NCBI GenBank assembly: GCA_032250835.1
Contig: JAVVEA010000009.1
Coordinates: 1 to 64,000, forward strand
Origin: a bacterium
Lineage (GTDB): Bacteria > SAR324 > XYD2-FULL-50-16
Length of the DNA: 64,000 nucleotides
Direction of reading: 5' to 3'
The notes under the pieces were generated by a model. That model made no database searches. It worked only from the letters and a program-made list of their open reading frames with translations, and was not told the origin of the DNA. Position 1 is the first letter of the stretch, and each line of letters starts with the position of its first letter. A program made the position numbers and the translations under genes. Of this stretch, positions 19,475-30,849 are shown piece by piece.

Positions 19475-22400
19475 AGCGCCCATTGGCTTTAAGAGAAATT
19501 TGGCTGTTGGTGGCTCTTTTGGGTCTGGCCTGCTGGTGGTGGAGTCGTCCCTTGGCTTACGAGTTGACTTTGGCCTTGGTTGATGACCGCCATGCCGCCC
19601 TCGAAAGTACTGCGATCCAGGCGGATTTTCACTTTCCGCTGAGTAAAGATTTACAATCCGACGCCAAGAAACTAGAGATTTCCAAAGAAGGGCCTCAGTT
19701 TCAAACAATTCAGGGTATAGAGGGCATAGCTTTAGGCGCGCAGAATGGGTTTTTAAGCATACCTGCTGAAATAGGAGCAAAAGAACAAGGATTCACACTC
19801 AGTTTTTGGTTTCTTGCCAAAGGCGTACAGGAACCCGAATCGGGTTTAGCCAACCTGTTGTGGATCGGCCAAGTGGAACAACCGGGCAATCCCTTGTTTT
19901 CCTTGTGGTGGAAAAGTGCCGGAGGCATGCATCTTTCCGCGCTTAACTTACACAAGGATATTCAAAAGGGGCAGCTATTTACGGACCGCTTCAATCGATT
20001 GACTTTCCGCTTTGACCCAGCCCAACAGGTATATTCGACTTGGCTCAATGGGGCCTTATTGGAGTCACCTCTTTCGCCCGAGACCGAACCCTTTTTGGTT
20101 CCCGATCGTATCCAAATTGCAGGCGGACTGGCTCCAAAGGCTGGTTTTAACGCGCTCTACGGCGGCCTAAGCCTATGGGAGCGGGCCCTAAAAGATACAG
20201 AAGTTAAACAACTCCACCGCAAACTTGGGGGCAACACCAACCGATACAACCTTCAAGTGATTTGGAACGAGCGTTTAGCTTGCTTTGGGCTGCTGTTGGC
20301 GCTGAACTCTGCCTTACTCTGGGCGTTGGGCTCATTATATTTTAGGCCACAATGGCGGGCCTTGGTGTTGATCAACAATATCGGTTTGGTGGCCTTCTTC
20401 CTATGGGGCTAGATCAATGCAAAAATAGAGGGGCTTGGCTGATCTGCTGGATTGCCCGACGCGAAATGGCGGTATTTATTTTACTGCTGGCTCTAAATTT
20501 CATGCTGAATCCGCATTATTTGGGGGCTGGCTATTCTTCGCAACGAGGGGAAAACAGCGAAGACTTTTTTCGTTATCTCTATGGCCTCAATGAGTTGATT
20601 GCTGGCCGCACGCCTCTTTGGAACCCCTACAGTGGCCATGGGCAACCTTTGTATTTTTACCTGCTGCTCACCTCCTATCCCTCCCCATTAGACTTATTAT
20701 TAGCCGCTTTGATCAAGCCGGTTACTTGGTTGGGTAGCCTTAAGCTGATGAGTGTTGGGGCCGTGATTGTCGCTTTATTTCAGTCCCTATTCGGATTGAT
20801 CCTGTTTAAGCTGAGCCGATACTTGGTTGGTTGCTCGGGTGTAGAGCCTGAGTCTGGGGCAACGGACCCAATCCTGCTGATGGGTGGGTCGGTACTTTTA
20901 GTCCAGTTTATCTACCAAATTGGTGACCTGGGCGCTAATGTGGTGTTTAATCACTTACTTATTTTTCCAACGCTGCTGCTCTACTATTTGTTGCGTCTTC
21001 TATTAGAGCCCCCCCGGTTGGATCGATTGGCCAAGGTGGTGTTAGCCTCGGTGCTGATGTTACATTACTCAGGAAGCTACGCGGTCCCTATCGGGATTTT
21101 ATTGGCCCTGGTGATCCTGTTCCATTGGGTTCTCCCGACCACCCCCGCTTTTTTTCCAATTTGGTGCTCAAGGTGGCGACAGATTGGGTTTAAGGGGTAT
21201 TTAACAGTTTTCGCGCTACTGGGGGTCGGTCTCTTATATTTATTGCCCCACACTTGGGTCTACTCACAAGATTTGCCCCGAATGGTTCGCGTCAATCGAA
21301 CCCTAAACCTACTGGATTTTCGCGATCTGGCAGTAGCTCAGCAGTACGGTGTGCCCAACACCAATATATATTATGCAACTAAACAGTTTGTGGTGCCGAT
21401 CTGGTTGTTGTTCCTCGGATTCAGCTTCTTGGGACTATTGACCTTTACCCACCGTGCCACCCGCCGGCGTTTTCTGCCCCTTTTGGTGGCTCTGTTACTG
21501 GGCCTGAGTGTGGTTTATGCCGAGCAGTCACCGCTGCTGGTGGTGGTTTATGGTTATCTGTTCCCTTCGTTGCAACAGATGTTATATACCAACGTATACG
21601 TGGGCTTGTCGCTTTTCTGGCTGGCTATTGTTGGACTGGTAGGGTTTCGCAATTTTTTCCGAACTGCCATCGGGAAAGCGGAATATGTTGTGTTTGGGTT
21701 CTTTAGCTTCGTGGTGATCTTACTGTTCCATAATAAATTCTTGAACGCTGGGCAAGCTCTGTCGCTCTGGCTGGTGGCGGATCTATTTTATCTATTAAAG
21801 ATCGGGTGACCCGCTAAATCACGCGCTGCCACCACTGTGTTGATGGGGCTCATTTTCTTATGGGTGCTTCCCATTCAGTGGCGGCTATCGCAACAAAAAA
21901 TGCTTCCAAACCCCTATTGGACTAACCACACCTCCGTGAGTTTGGGGATGAAGCCGCTTTTCGCGGAACAGCGAACCCAGCGAACCCGCTACCGCGAACC
22001 GCTTGAAATGTGGGGCAACGGGCTGGTCCTGATAGAACGACAGTGGGTCTTTGACCCTGCGCCAAACTTCCTTTTGACCGCCCAGCAAAACGAATTGTAC
22101 CAAGTTTTAGATGGTACCCAACAAAACTGGTTTTTTGCCCACACCGCGCCATTGCTGCGTTTTGGTCATCAAGTAACCTTCTTTGAAGACCGAAATCGCT
22201 TGATCGACAGCTTTAAGGATCGACAACTTTATGACCGCGTCCTGGCCCCTGCAGATCGCTACCCCATGGTTCCGCTAGAAAAGGAAAGAACGGCACAACA
22301 ACTTAAGGTGACGTCTTTTACACCCGAACACCTAGTGGCCGAAGCGGTGGTGGGCGGCCCCCAATTGGTGATTTGGTCCGATGCGGTCTACCCTGGCTGG

Positions 22401-22616
22401 ACTTTAGAGGTCAATGGAGAACCAAAACCGATATTAGAGGCCAATGGTGGGTTTAAATCCCTGTGGCTCGAAAAAGCCGGTACCTACCAGTTGGATTTTA
22501 GGTTTTTACCTAGGGTACGCTGGTTGATCTGGTTAGAATGGGTCTTGTTTTGGGGCCTTGCTTTAGGGCTCTTGTGGTACCAGCGTAAACCAAAGGGTTT
22601 AAAACCCAAGGGGTAA
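19471..22616 (+). pseudogene. Interrupted LamG + YfhO-like (GT-C) membrane glycosyltransferase fusion (pieces 19471-20412, ~20400-21809, 21810-22616)
   Basis: LamG motifs (FTLSFWF, WLNG, LWERALKDTEV), YfhO N-terminal PLWNPYSGHGQP and C-terminal SDAVYPGWTLEVNG. Frame change near 20400 and an in-frame TGA at 21807-21809. Confidence 0.55.
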
Positions 22617-22621
22617 TTTTC

Positions 22622-24574
22622 TTAGGCTGCGCCGAATTCAGCCTGTTCGCGGGTCCAGTTGATCAGGCCTCCAGCTAAGATCATCTCGCGCTGTCGGGAG
22701 GTAAGAAGGTGGCGGAGTTGGACCCAGGTGCCTAGCCGGGGGCAGTGAGCCCGAACGGGGCCCTCACCCTTTACCGCTTGGTGCAATCCTTCAAAAAGCA
22801 ATACATCGCCCTGTTGTAGCTTCTGATAGTCTTCGGGGTTTTCGAAGGTCAGGGGCAAAATGCCGAAGTTAACCAGGTTTTGCCAATGGATGCGGGCAAA
22901 ACTCAGGGCCACCAGAACCTTCACCCCCAAAAAGCGCGGTGCCAAGGCCGCGTGCTCGCGGCTCGAACCCTGCCCATAATTAGCCCCCCCTGCAATCACG
23001 CTGCCCTGCATCTGGTGCTTTAAGGCCCGCTCTACATAACCGGGGTCCAGGGCCCTAAAGACAAAGCGAGAGATTTCGGGGATGTTGCTTCGGTAGGGCA
23101 AAACCTCGGCCCCGGCGGGCAATATTTCGTCGGTGGAGATGTCGTCGCCGGTTTTAAGTAAAATCGGAAGCTCCAGGCGGTCTGCGATGCCCTCAAAATG
23201 GGGCAAGTCCGCAATATTCGGCCCTTTGATCAGCTGAACTGGTTGGGCCGATTCCTTGGGGTAAGACAGCATATTTAGGTTGAGTTTAAGCTCTTCGGGC
23301 TCTTCAAAGCGGGGGTAGGCCATCTTGAGGCTGCGCGGATCGGTGATCACGCCGGTTAAGGCCGAAGCGGCAGCCGTTTCGGGACTGCAAAGATAGACTT
23401 GGTCTTCGGGCGTACCCGAGCGGCCCGCAAAGTTACGCGGTACGGTCCGCAAACTGATCCGGTCCGTCGCCGGGGCTTGGCCCATACCGATGCAGCCATT
23501 ACAGCCCGCCTGATGCAGCCGGGCTCCGGCATGGATCAGCGGTTCCAAATGGCCCAGTTGGATTAGGTTTTCTAAAACTTGGCGGCTCGAAGGGTTGATG
23601 TCAAAGCTGACCTCTTCTGAGACCTGGGACCCGGCGACGATCATCGAGACGATGGCAAAGTCGCGCAAACCCGGATTCGCCGACGAACCAATATAAGCTT
23701 GCCCGATGGGCCTTCCGGCCACCTCGGCGACGGTGACCACGTTGCCGGGGCTGCTGGGCAACGCGATCAAGGGTTCAAGTTGGCAGAGGTCGATTTCGTC
23801 GTTCAGGTCATAAACCGCCCCTTCATCAGCCGCCCAAGCTTGCCACTGGCTGGCGCGGCCCTGTTGCTTTAGATAATGCAGGGTGCGGTGGTCCGAAGGG
23901 AATACCGTTGCCGTTGCCCCCAATTCGGCCCCCATGTTGGCGATCACATGCCGGTCCATGGCGCTCAAATGGGCCACGCCGGGCCCGTAATATTCAATGA
24001 TCTTGCCCACCCCGCCCTTAACGCCGTGCCTTCGCAACATCTCTAAAATTACGTCCTTAGCACTGACCCAGTCGGGCAAGCTGCCGGTGAGTTTAATGCC
24101 GAAGATTTGCGGCATCTTCACATAAAAGGGGCGACCCGCCATGGCCAAGGCCACCTCCAAGCCTCCGGCCCCCATGGCCAACATCCCTAAGGACCCGGCT
24201 GCGCAGCTGTGGCTGTCTGAGCCCAGAAGGCTGGCGCCAGGCCTACCGAAGCGCTCCATATGCACCGGATGGCTCACGCCGTTGCCGGGCTTTGAATAGA
24301 CCACCCCGAATTTACGGCAGGCCGACTGCAAAAAGAGATGGTCGTCGGCGTTGCGGAAGTCGCCTTGGATCAAATTGTGGTCTACGTACTGAACCGAAAC
24401 CTCGGTCTGCACCGAACCTAGATCTAGGGCGTCGTATTGCAGCATCACCAGCGTACCGGTGGCGTCTTGGGTTAAGGTTTGGTCTATCTTCAGGCCGATC
24501 TCCTGGCCCGCTACCAGTTCGCCTTCGACCCTATGGGCTTCGATCAGTTTGAGGGCTAGTGTTTTAGGCATCAT
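22622..24574 (-). CDS. Aconitate hydratase (short, ~650-aa type)
   Basis: QDATG, DHN, GSDSH, CNGCIG, RNFAGR, ISTDEI and NYGQGSSREHA. Confidence 0.92.
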   Translation of the reverse strand: MMPKTLALKLIEAHRVEGELVAGQEIGLKIDQTLTQDATGTLVMLQYDALDLGSVQTEVSVQYVDHNLIQGDFRNADDHLFLQSACRKFGVVYSKPGNGVSHPVHMERFGRPGASLLGSDSHSCAAGSLGMLAMGAGGLEVALAMAGRPFYVKMPQIFGIKLTGSLPDWVSAKDVILEMLRRHGVKGGVGKIIEYYGPGVAHLSAMDRHVIANMGAELGATATVFPSDHRTLHYLKQQGRASQWQAWAADEGAVYDLNDEIDLCQLEPLIALPSSPGNVVTVAEVAGRPIGQAYIGSSANPGLRDFAIVSMIVAGSQVSEEVSFDINPSSRQVLENLIQLGHLEPLIHAGARLHQAGCNGCIGMGQAPATDRISLRTVPRNFAGRSGTPEDQVYLCSPETAAASALTGVITDPRSLKMAYPRFEEPEELKLNLNMLSYPKESAQPVQLIKGPNIADLPHFEGIADRLELPILLKTGDDISTDEILPAGAEVLPYRSNIPEISRFVFRALDPGYVERALKHQMQGSVIAGGANYGQGSSREHAALAPRFLGVKVLVALSFARIHWQNLVNFGILPLTFENPEDYQKLQQGDVLLFEGLHQAVKGEGPVRAHCPRLGTWVQLRHLLTSRQREMILAGGLINWTREQAEFGAA

Positions 24575-24794
24575 TTTATGGGGATGGAGGGTATGGGATT
24601 TCAGTGACTGATTGCCCCCATTTTAACATAATTATCCTATAAAAAACAAATTTATTCCCCTTTACCGCCAGGGGCGAGACCAAGAAACTTTTCCCAATTT
24701 GATCAAAGGGTTAAACTATTTGACCAAAAAACCTTTGGCCGCATAGTTCTAGATTCGTTGGGGAGGGAGAGTTTTTTTGACGGCCCTATAGCCT

Positions 24795-24941
24795 GCTTAG
24801 CAGGTGCGCAGCCCGGCCGGTAGGTCCTTGGGCTTTAAGCACCGGGACTCCGCAAACAGGCTCTGGGGTAGGGGAGCCCTGCGGTGAGGAAGCCCATTGG
24901 AGCCCGGCCGGGGTCACCCTTTAAGTGACACTTGCCTTAGC
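24795..24941 (+). ncRNA. Candidate structured ncRNA (rod-like, possibly 6S-like)
   Basis: Nested stems: 24800-06/24929-35, 24812-20/24904-12, 24829-36/24889-96, 24850-54/24880-84, 24859-64/24873-78, plus a side hairpin at 24913-24929. G.U pairs favour the + strand. Confidence 0.5.
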
Positions 24942-24956
24942 TGCAACCAGGAAAGC

Positions 24957-27155
24957 TCACTCAAACAGCTCGATAAAAGGTAAGTCCTGGGCCACCAAGA
25001 CCAGGCAGGTCATCGGACTCGGGGGTAATTTGCGTTGCAGCCCAAAAAGGTATTGGCTGTATTCCTCGGCTTCTTCGTCGGGCTCCGGCGGGCGCAGACC
25101 CAAGAAGGTGGCTTTGGAAAAGCGGCTGTTGCGCAGGATCAGGTCGAAGCTTTGCTCTCCTGGCTGACGCACCAGGGCCTTGGGCTCGCCATTGACCCGT
25201 GCATCGGCCAATAATTGGACCAACCGCGCTTCGGTGGCTTCGGCTTCCTCTTCGCTGTCGACGATGGTCAGCAGGCGGATTTGGAAGTCCTTCCAAGTAT
25301 CGCTTTGCTGCATCATGTAAGCGATGGCCAGCATAAAGCCTTCGTTGCGGCGCTTGCCGCCCCACCAGAGGTCGATTCGGTTTTGGTAGACCCGGTCTTC
25401 TTCGTCGACCACTTCTTCTTCGGCTAAGATCAGGTTTTTCTTTTCACCGAAGACCTCTAAAACCAACTTACCGAATTCCAGCCGGTTTTCCTCCTCGCGG
25501 CTTTGCCCCAGCAGGAGCGTATTGGGCTTGAGCAGGCCCATGCCGTAGTAGCGCGTCAGGTGCCTAGCCCCTTTGATCGGATGCCCCGAAGACTGGACCT
25601 CGACCAAGGCCGGTACCTCGCGCCGGTCTAAGTAAGACTTCAGACTGGCACGCAGGGCTCGGCGCCGGTCTGGGGCGTCTTGCCCCTCGGGCAGGATGGC
25701 TGCCACGGTCATCAAGCCGCGCCGAGCGGCCAGGGCCTCTCCAAGCTTCACCAAATACCAACGTTTATTGATCGCGCCGGCAAAAACCAAAAGGTTAGGA
25801 CGCCAACTGCGGATGTCCGGCTTGGCGTCGCGGATGCGGTAGAGCACCGCGCGAGCCAAAAACTGAAAAAATCCCAGGCGGATGTCATCCCAGCGGCGGT
25901 TGAGGCGGCGTTTGTACATCCAGATCAAGATCCCCTGACCAATCGCCAGGGCGGCAAAAGTGGCCCAGGGATTGAGCAGGAACATCACCCCGAAACAGGC
26001 GACGGCACCGCTCATGCTGATCCACCACTTGACTTTAAAACTAGGCCGCCAGCTAGGGTTGTCCATCAAGGCCTCGGCCCCGGCAGCAAAGTTCAGCAGG
26101 CCGTAGGTAGTGAGGAAAAACATGCTGAGGATTTCAGCGATTTGGTTCAGGTCACCAGCCCAGATGCCGATCAAGGCCAAAGCAAAGCTCAACAGGGTGG
26201 CGCGCCGCGGGGTATCGTCTTTCTCGGTCCCTTTGCCTAAAAACCCAAAGGCCACCCGGTCGCGGGCAAGGGCCTGTAAGGTGCGCGGCGCGGCGAGCAG
26301 TGAGTTGAGCGCCGAAGAGAGGGCCGCCCCCCAAAGCCCCAAACCAATCAACCAAGCCGCCGGTACCAGCTGGTTGAGCACCAAGGGATCGGCACGCAGG
26401 ACCTCTAAGGGCACCCAGATCACCAGCAACACCGGCACCAACATATAAACGGCATAGCCTGTCAAAATGGCCAGCAGGGTGCCTTTGGGAAGGCTGGCTC
26501 GGGAGTCCTTCAGGTCCCCCGAGAGGGCCACCCCCGCTTCGATCCCGGTCACCGCCGGAAAAAAAACCGCAAAGGCCACCCAAAAAGTGACCGGCGGCGG
26601 GGCATCAACGGCGGCAAATCCACCCTCCGGCGGCCCACCCAGGACTATGGCCAAAAGGGAGATCAAGATCATGGTAAAAACCGCCAGCTGCGTTTTGGTC
26701 GCCACCTCGGCAGATACCAAGGCTATGGCCAGCAGCACCAAGAGCGTCAAACTGCCTAGCTGGGGGATGCTCCATTCAGGCAGCCAAGTTGAAAGCGCCT
26801 CGGCAAAACCGACGGTGTAAAAGGCGATGCCTAAGGCCTGGGCAAAAAAGAGTGGCAAGCCTACCGCCGCACCGGGCTCGATGCCTAAAGAGCGGCTGAT
26901 CATGTAATAACTCCCGCCGCCGCGCACCTGCATGTTGGTGGCGATAGAGGCGATGCTCAGGCCGGTCACGAAGGTGATGCTGTTGGCCAGGGTCACCAAG
27001 ATCAAGGTCTCGGCTAGGCCTAGGTTGCCCACCACCCAGCCGAGCCGTAAAAAAAGGATCACCCCTAAGATGGTCAGGGTACAGGGCAGGTAGACACCCA
27101 TGAAGGTGCCCAACCCAGCGCTGGGTAAAGATCGATTTGGCGGCATAGGGGACAA
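24957..27155 (-). CDS. SLC12/cation-chloride cotransporter-like amino acid permease
   Basis: GVILFLRLGW, GGGSYYMISRSLG, FFPAVTGI, SGDLKD, WRPSF and WRPNLLV. Confidence 0.9.
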   Translation of the reverse strand: MSPMPPNRSLPSAGLGTFMGVYLPCTLTILGVILFLRLGWVVGNLGLAETLILVTLANSITFVTGLSIASIATNMQVRGGGSYYMISRSLGIEPGAAVGLPLFFAQALGIAFYTVGFAEALSTWLPEWSIPQLGSLTLLVLLAIALVSAEVATKTQLAVFTMILISLLAIVLGGPPEGGFAAVDAPPPVTFWVAFAVFFPAVTGIEAGVALSGDLKDSRASLPKGTLLAILTGYAVYMLVPVLLVIWVPLEVLRADPLVLNQLVPAAWLIGLGLWGAALSSALNSLLAAPRTLQALARDRVAFGFLGKGTEKDDTPRRATLLSFALALIGIWAGDLNQIAEILSMFFLTTYGLLNFAAGAEALMDNPSWRPSFKVKWWISMSGAVACFGVMFLLNPWATFAALAIGQGILIWMYKRRLNRRWDDIRLGFFQFLARAVLYRIRDAKPDIRSWRPNLLVFAGAINKRWYLVKLGEALAARRGLMTVAAILPEGQDAPDRRRALRASLKSYLDRREVPALVEVQSSGHPIKGARHLTRYYGMGLLKPNTLLLGQSREEENRLEFGKLVLEVFGEKKNLILAEEEVVDEEDRVYQNRIDLWWGGKRRNEGFMLAIAYMMQQSDTWKDFQIRLLTIVDSEEEAEATEARLVQLLADARVNGEPKALVRQPGEQSFDLILRNSRFSKATFLGLRPPEPDEEAEEYSQYLFGLQRKLPPSPMTCLVLVAQDLPFIELFE

Positions 27156-27223
27156 AAGGAGAAGGGTTGATTTCTCCCAAGGATAGGCCCTTTGACCGAC
27201 TGGGGTCCAGTAGAAAAACGGAT

Positions 27224-28819
27224 TCAGCGGGGCCGCAGGGTCTGGTTCAAGCGCAGGCAGGCCTGTCCAATTTTCACCAAATTACGCCAAAGGGCCTGGG
27301 TGATTTTGTCTTCAGTGGGGTCCTCGCGCTCCGCTGGGGCGTTGGCTTCAAGCTGGTCTAACTGCGCCGACATTTGTTCTAGCTGATCGTCGCTCAACTC
27401 GCAGCGCCCTAAAGCTATGTTGGCGGTGCATTGAGCCAGCCATAACTTGACTTGGGCGCTCAGTTCGATCAGCCGAGGGAGTTCTTGTAAGGTGATCTGT
27501 TTTTCGTGCTTGCGGTTGAGGTTATGCACCAGCTTCAAGAGCCGGTCCCCAATGCTTTCGAGCTGGTCTAAAATCCTCAAATCCACCAAAGCCAACATCA
27601 ACTGCCGCGCCACCAAACCAAAGGAGTTCTGGATCAACTGCTTTGAGACATTCTCTTGGATGCGGTCGGTCAGGTATTCTTCATTGCGGGCTTCTTGTAA
27701 ATCCTGTTGCAGTTCGTGGTCTGGTGCCGTGAGCGCCGCCTCAAAGCGCTCAAACATATGCACCACCAGATGGCTCATCTCTTGGATTTGGGACGCCGCA
27801 TCCTCTAGGATCACGCCCTCCTGCTGACTGGCAGGGGTTTCTTGGCGGGGAACCATGAACTTAGTCCAATGGACCAACTGGGGCAAAAATCCGATCAACA
27901 GACAGATATTGGTCAGCTTAAAGAGACTGTGGTAGGCCGCTAAGTGGATCGGGATCAGGCTCGAGTCACTGACCGGCCCCGGCACGATCCAGTCCACTAA
28001 ATCTAAGTAGAAGGGAAAGACCAGCAGCATCCAAGACATGCCGATCACATTAAACAGAAAGTGCGCCCTGGCGGCACGTTTGGCGGTGTTGCTGGCGTTG
28101 AGTGAGGCCAAGTGGGCGGTGATGGTGGTGCCGATGTTCTCGCCCATCACGATCGAGGCGGCGATGGAAAAATCGATCCAGCCCCGGTAGGCCATGATCA
28201 TGGTGATCGCCCCAGCAGCGCTCGAGGACTGCACCACCACGGTCAGGACAATGCCGATCAAAACAAAAAACAGGTACGAACCATATCCATAGCCCGTATA
28301 TTCGGCCAAGAAGGCCATACCTTCGGGATTGGAGGCAATATCGGGGATGGCCCCTTTGAGCATATCGAGCCCTAAGAACAACAGGCCAAAGCCAATCAAG
28401 GATTCCCCCCAGCCCCGTTTGCGCTCGTCTTTGGAGAAAAGCAAAGGAGCGCCCAAAGCAATGGCGGGCATCACCAAAAGGGTGATCTTAAACTTAAAGC
28501 CCAACAGCGCCACCACCCAGAAGGTCACGGTGGTGCCCAAGTTGGCGCCCATGATCACCGCCACCGCCTCACGCAGCTTTAATAGCTGAGCATGGACAAA
28601 GCTGACCACCAAGACCGTGGTCGCCGAGGAGGACTGGATCAGCGCCGTGATCAAAAACCCCGTAAAAACCCCACCGAACCGGTTTTTGGTCAATAAATGT
28701 AAGGCCCGACGCAATCCGTTGGATTCTAAGCGGAGGATGGATTCGGAGAGCACCTTCAATCCGAAGAAAAAGATGCCCAAACTCCCCAGGATTTCGAAGG
28801 TGGTTTGGATCGCTGCCAT
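27224..28819 (-). CDS. Na+/Pi cotransporter family protein with PhoU-like C-terminus
   Basis: Two QSSSA motifs, GANLGTT and GENIGTT. Confidence 0.92.
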   Translation of the reverse strand: MAAIQTTFEILGSLGIFFFGLKVLSESILRLESNGLRRALHLLTKNRFGGVFTGFLITALIQSSSATTVLVVSFVHAQLLKLREAVAVIMGANLGTTVTFWVVALLGFKFKITLLVMPAIALGAPLLFSKDERKRGWGESLIGFGLLFLGLDMLKGAIPDIASNPEGMAFLAEYTGYGYGSYLFFVLIGIVLTVVVQSSSAAGAITMIMAYRGWIDFSIAASIVMGENIGTTITAHLASLNASNTAKRAARAHFLFNVIGMSWMLLVFPFYLDLVDWIVPGPVSDSSLIPIHLAAYHSLFKLTNICLLIGFLPQLVHWTKFMVPRQETPASQQEGVILEDAASQIQEMSHLVVHMFERFEAALTAPDHELQQDLQEARNEEYLTDRIQENVSKQLIQNSFGLVARQLMLALVDLRILDQLESIGDRLLKLVHNLNRKHEKQITLQELPRLIELSAQVKLWLAQCTANIALGRCELSDDQLEQMSAQLDQLEANAPAEREDPTEDKITQALWRNLVKIGQACLRLNQTLRPR

Positions 28820-28998
28820 GGTTTGGATAAAGGTTTAAGTCTGGCCTCAGCTAGTCTTACCTTAGCTTGTCTTGTCAAGGCCATTCTCCGATTGCTCTGA
28901 TCGCGCGGGAATCGAATGGTGCTGAGGGCGTCAGGCTATAGACGCAGTCGCTATGTGGAGCCCAGCAGTGCTGGGTAGAAACTTTTTTAAAAACCCCT

Positions 28999-29676
28999 TC
29001 AAAGCCCCTCGTTCTGGCGCGGCGGGAATTTATCCTGATTGCTCAGTAGCTCAAGCGGGAGGTGGTCGGTTAAGAGCGGGCTCATCGAACGTTCGGGGGC
29101 CAACGAGAGGCCCAAGACCGCGCCGTTGGGGATGTAAATCCCCTGTCGTAGGGCCCGATATTTAACCATGGTCCGTTCGCGGTGCCGGGGCAGGCCGCTT
29201 AAGAAAAACCACAACAACATACGGATCACATGCCCGTGAGTGAACAACAAAATCCGCTCAGGATGTTCTTCTAGGCGGTGGTAGGTTGCCTCCATGCGGT
29301 CTAAGAACTGCTCAAACGATTCGCCCTCGCCCTCTTGAAACTGGGGGTCGCAAGCCTCCCAATATTGCTCGGACATCGGGTGCCGGTCGGCTTTGGTGGT
29401 GTGGTAATATTTTTTGGGGTTCAGGTAGGTAAACTCCTGAATCGGCCACTCTTCACAAGGCACTTGGGGGAACTTTTCCATCGTCGGCAGCGCCGTTTGC
29501 AGGCTGCGGGCGTAGGGACTGTAAACGATGCGTTGGGGCGGGGTGTGGATCAGGTCGGCCACCGCTTGGGCCTGTTTGCGGCCTAGCTCGGTTAGCGCCA
29601 CGGTCTTAGGGTGTTCCGTCACGACCCCGGCGTTAGATTCACTCTCTCCATGGCGGATCAGCAAGATATTTTTCAT
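28999..29676 (-). CDS. Histidine phosphatase (phosphoglycerate mutase-like)
   Basis: RHGES, SPYARSLQTA and LFTHG. Confidence 0.9.
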   Translation of the reverse strand: MKNILLIRHGESESNAGVVTEHPKTVALTELGRKQAQAVADLIHTPPQRIVYSPYARSLQTALPTMEKFPQVPCEEWPIQEFTYLNPKKYYHTTKADRHPMSEQYWEACDPQFQEGEGESFEQFLDRMEATYHRLEEHPERILLFTHGHVIRMLLWFFLSGLPRHRERTMVKYRALRQGIYIPNGAVLGLSLAPERSMSPLLTDHLPLELLSNQDKFPPRQNEGL

Positions 29677-29703
29677 TTTCCCAGGTCCTCAAAAAAGGGC
29701 AGT

Positions 29704-30621
29704 TTAGGCGATGGACAAAATATAAGACAAACTCAACAGGCCGAGCAGCGTGGTTGAAAGCACCGTTAAGGTGACCAGATCGGGCTCAACCTGGTACTTG
29801 ATCGCTACAATGGCGGTGGTGACCGCTGCAGGTGTGCCTGCCTGCAAAATGGCGGTGCTGCGCCAAATCCCCTCGACCCCAAACCAAGGTGCCAGCAGCC
29901 CTACCAACGCAGGGGCCAAAACCAACTTGAGCCCCGCCGCCCACCCAATGCGCCGGTCCCAGCGCAACTGCCGTACCCCCGCCAGTTGCACCCCAAGGCC
30001 CAGCAGCATCACCGGGATGGCCGCCGCCGCCATCAGGCCGATGGTCCGGCTTAAGAATAAGGGTAAAACAAAGTCTAGGGAGTTCACCAACAGGGCCGGA
30101 AACATAGCCAAGATCGGTGGGGTGGTGATGGCCCTTAAAAGGGCTACCTGCAAGGCACCGGTGGTGGCCCACTCGGCGGCGGCAATGCAAACGAAGATGG
30201 CTAAGAAGCTGATCGCCAGCATGTAGATCAACCCGCTGGGTAGCCCCACCGCGCCATATTGGAATTGGATCATCGGGATGCCTAGATTGGCGATGTTGCC
30301 GTAAACCACCACCATCACCAAAGCGGCCTTCCCCGCCCGACTCAGCTTTAAGGCCCAACCGATCCACACCGCCGCCAACACCACCAACAGATGCACCGAG
30401 AGGATCATCCAGATAGCGGCGTTCGCCTCCTGCCAGGGGACTTTAAGGCGGTGCAAATGCTCAAACACAAAGGCAGGCATCAAGATATTATAAGACAACT
30501 GGGCCAAGCTGCGGGCCTCGATTTTAAGACGGCGCTGGGCCAGATAGCCGGTGCCTACGGTCGCGTAGACCGGTAGGACCACCTCGAACAGGGTCGCTAA
30601 AAAGTGTAGAGCAGCTTGCAT
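29704..30621 (-). CDS. AEC family (auxin efflux carrier/malate permease) transporter
   Basis: GNIANLGIP, LKLVLAP and GTPAAV; ~10 TM. Confidence 0.88.
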   Translation of the reverse strand: MQAALHFLATLFEVVLPVYATVGTGYLAQRRLKIEARSLAQLSYNILMPAFVFEHLHRLKVPWQEANAAIWMILSVHLLVVLAAVWIGWALKLSRAGKAALVMVVVYGNIANLGIPMIQFQYGAVGLPSGLIYMLAISFLAIFVCIAAAEWATTGALQVALLRAITTPPILAMFPALLVNSLDFVLPLFLSRTIGLMAAAAIPVMLLGLGVQLAGVRQLRWDRRIGWAAGLKLVLAPALVGLLAPWFGVEGIWRSTAILQAGTPAAVTTAIVAIKYQVEPDLVTLTVLSTTLLGLLSLSYILSIA

Positions 30622-30849
30622 GGGCCTGTAGGGAGATGGCTGTGGAGTCCCTTGGTCTTGGCTAAAAGCTTAGGCTCCCTGGGGCGCTTTGGGCAAGTCC
30701 AGGAGTCTCAATTTTGTGCTTAAGGCGGTGATTTTACCTTTTGCTGATCTCCAGGCGGGGGAGCAATTACTCGATTGCTGGGCTTAGTCAATTGGCATAT
30801 AGTGGGAAGGCCAGAATAAGTTGCATCACCCTGCCATCAGGTTCTCTTC

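Noticed and set aside
21807-21809. Selenocysteine, genetic-code reassignment or a 24-bp motif copy at the in-frame TGA
   Set aside because: The context is a membrane-protein loop with no redox motif, and TGA terminates many intact genes in this window. The match to the motif is limited to ATCGGGTGAC.
24795-24941. SRP RNA, RNase P or tmRNA
   Set aside because: There is no SRP CAGG-GRAA-AGCAG helix, no GAGGAAAGUCC and no tRNA-like ends.
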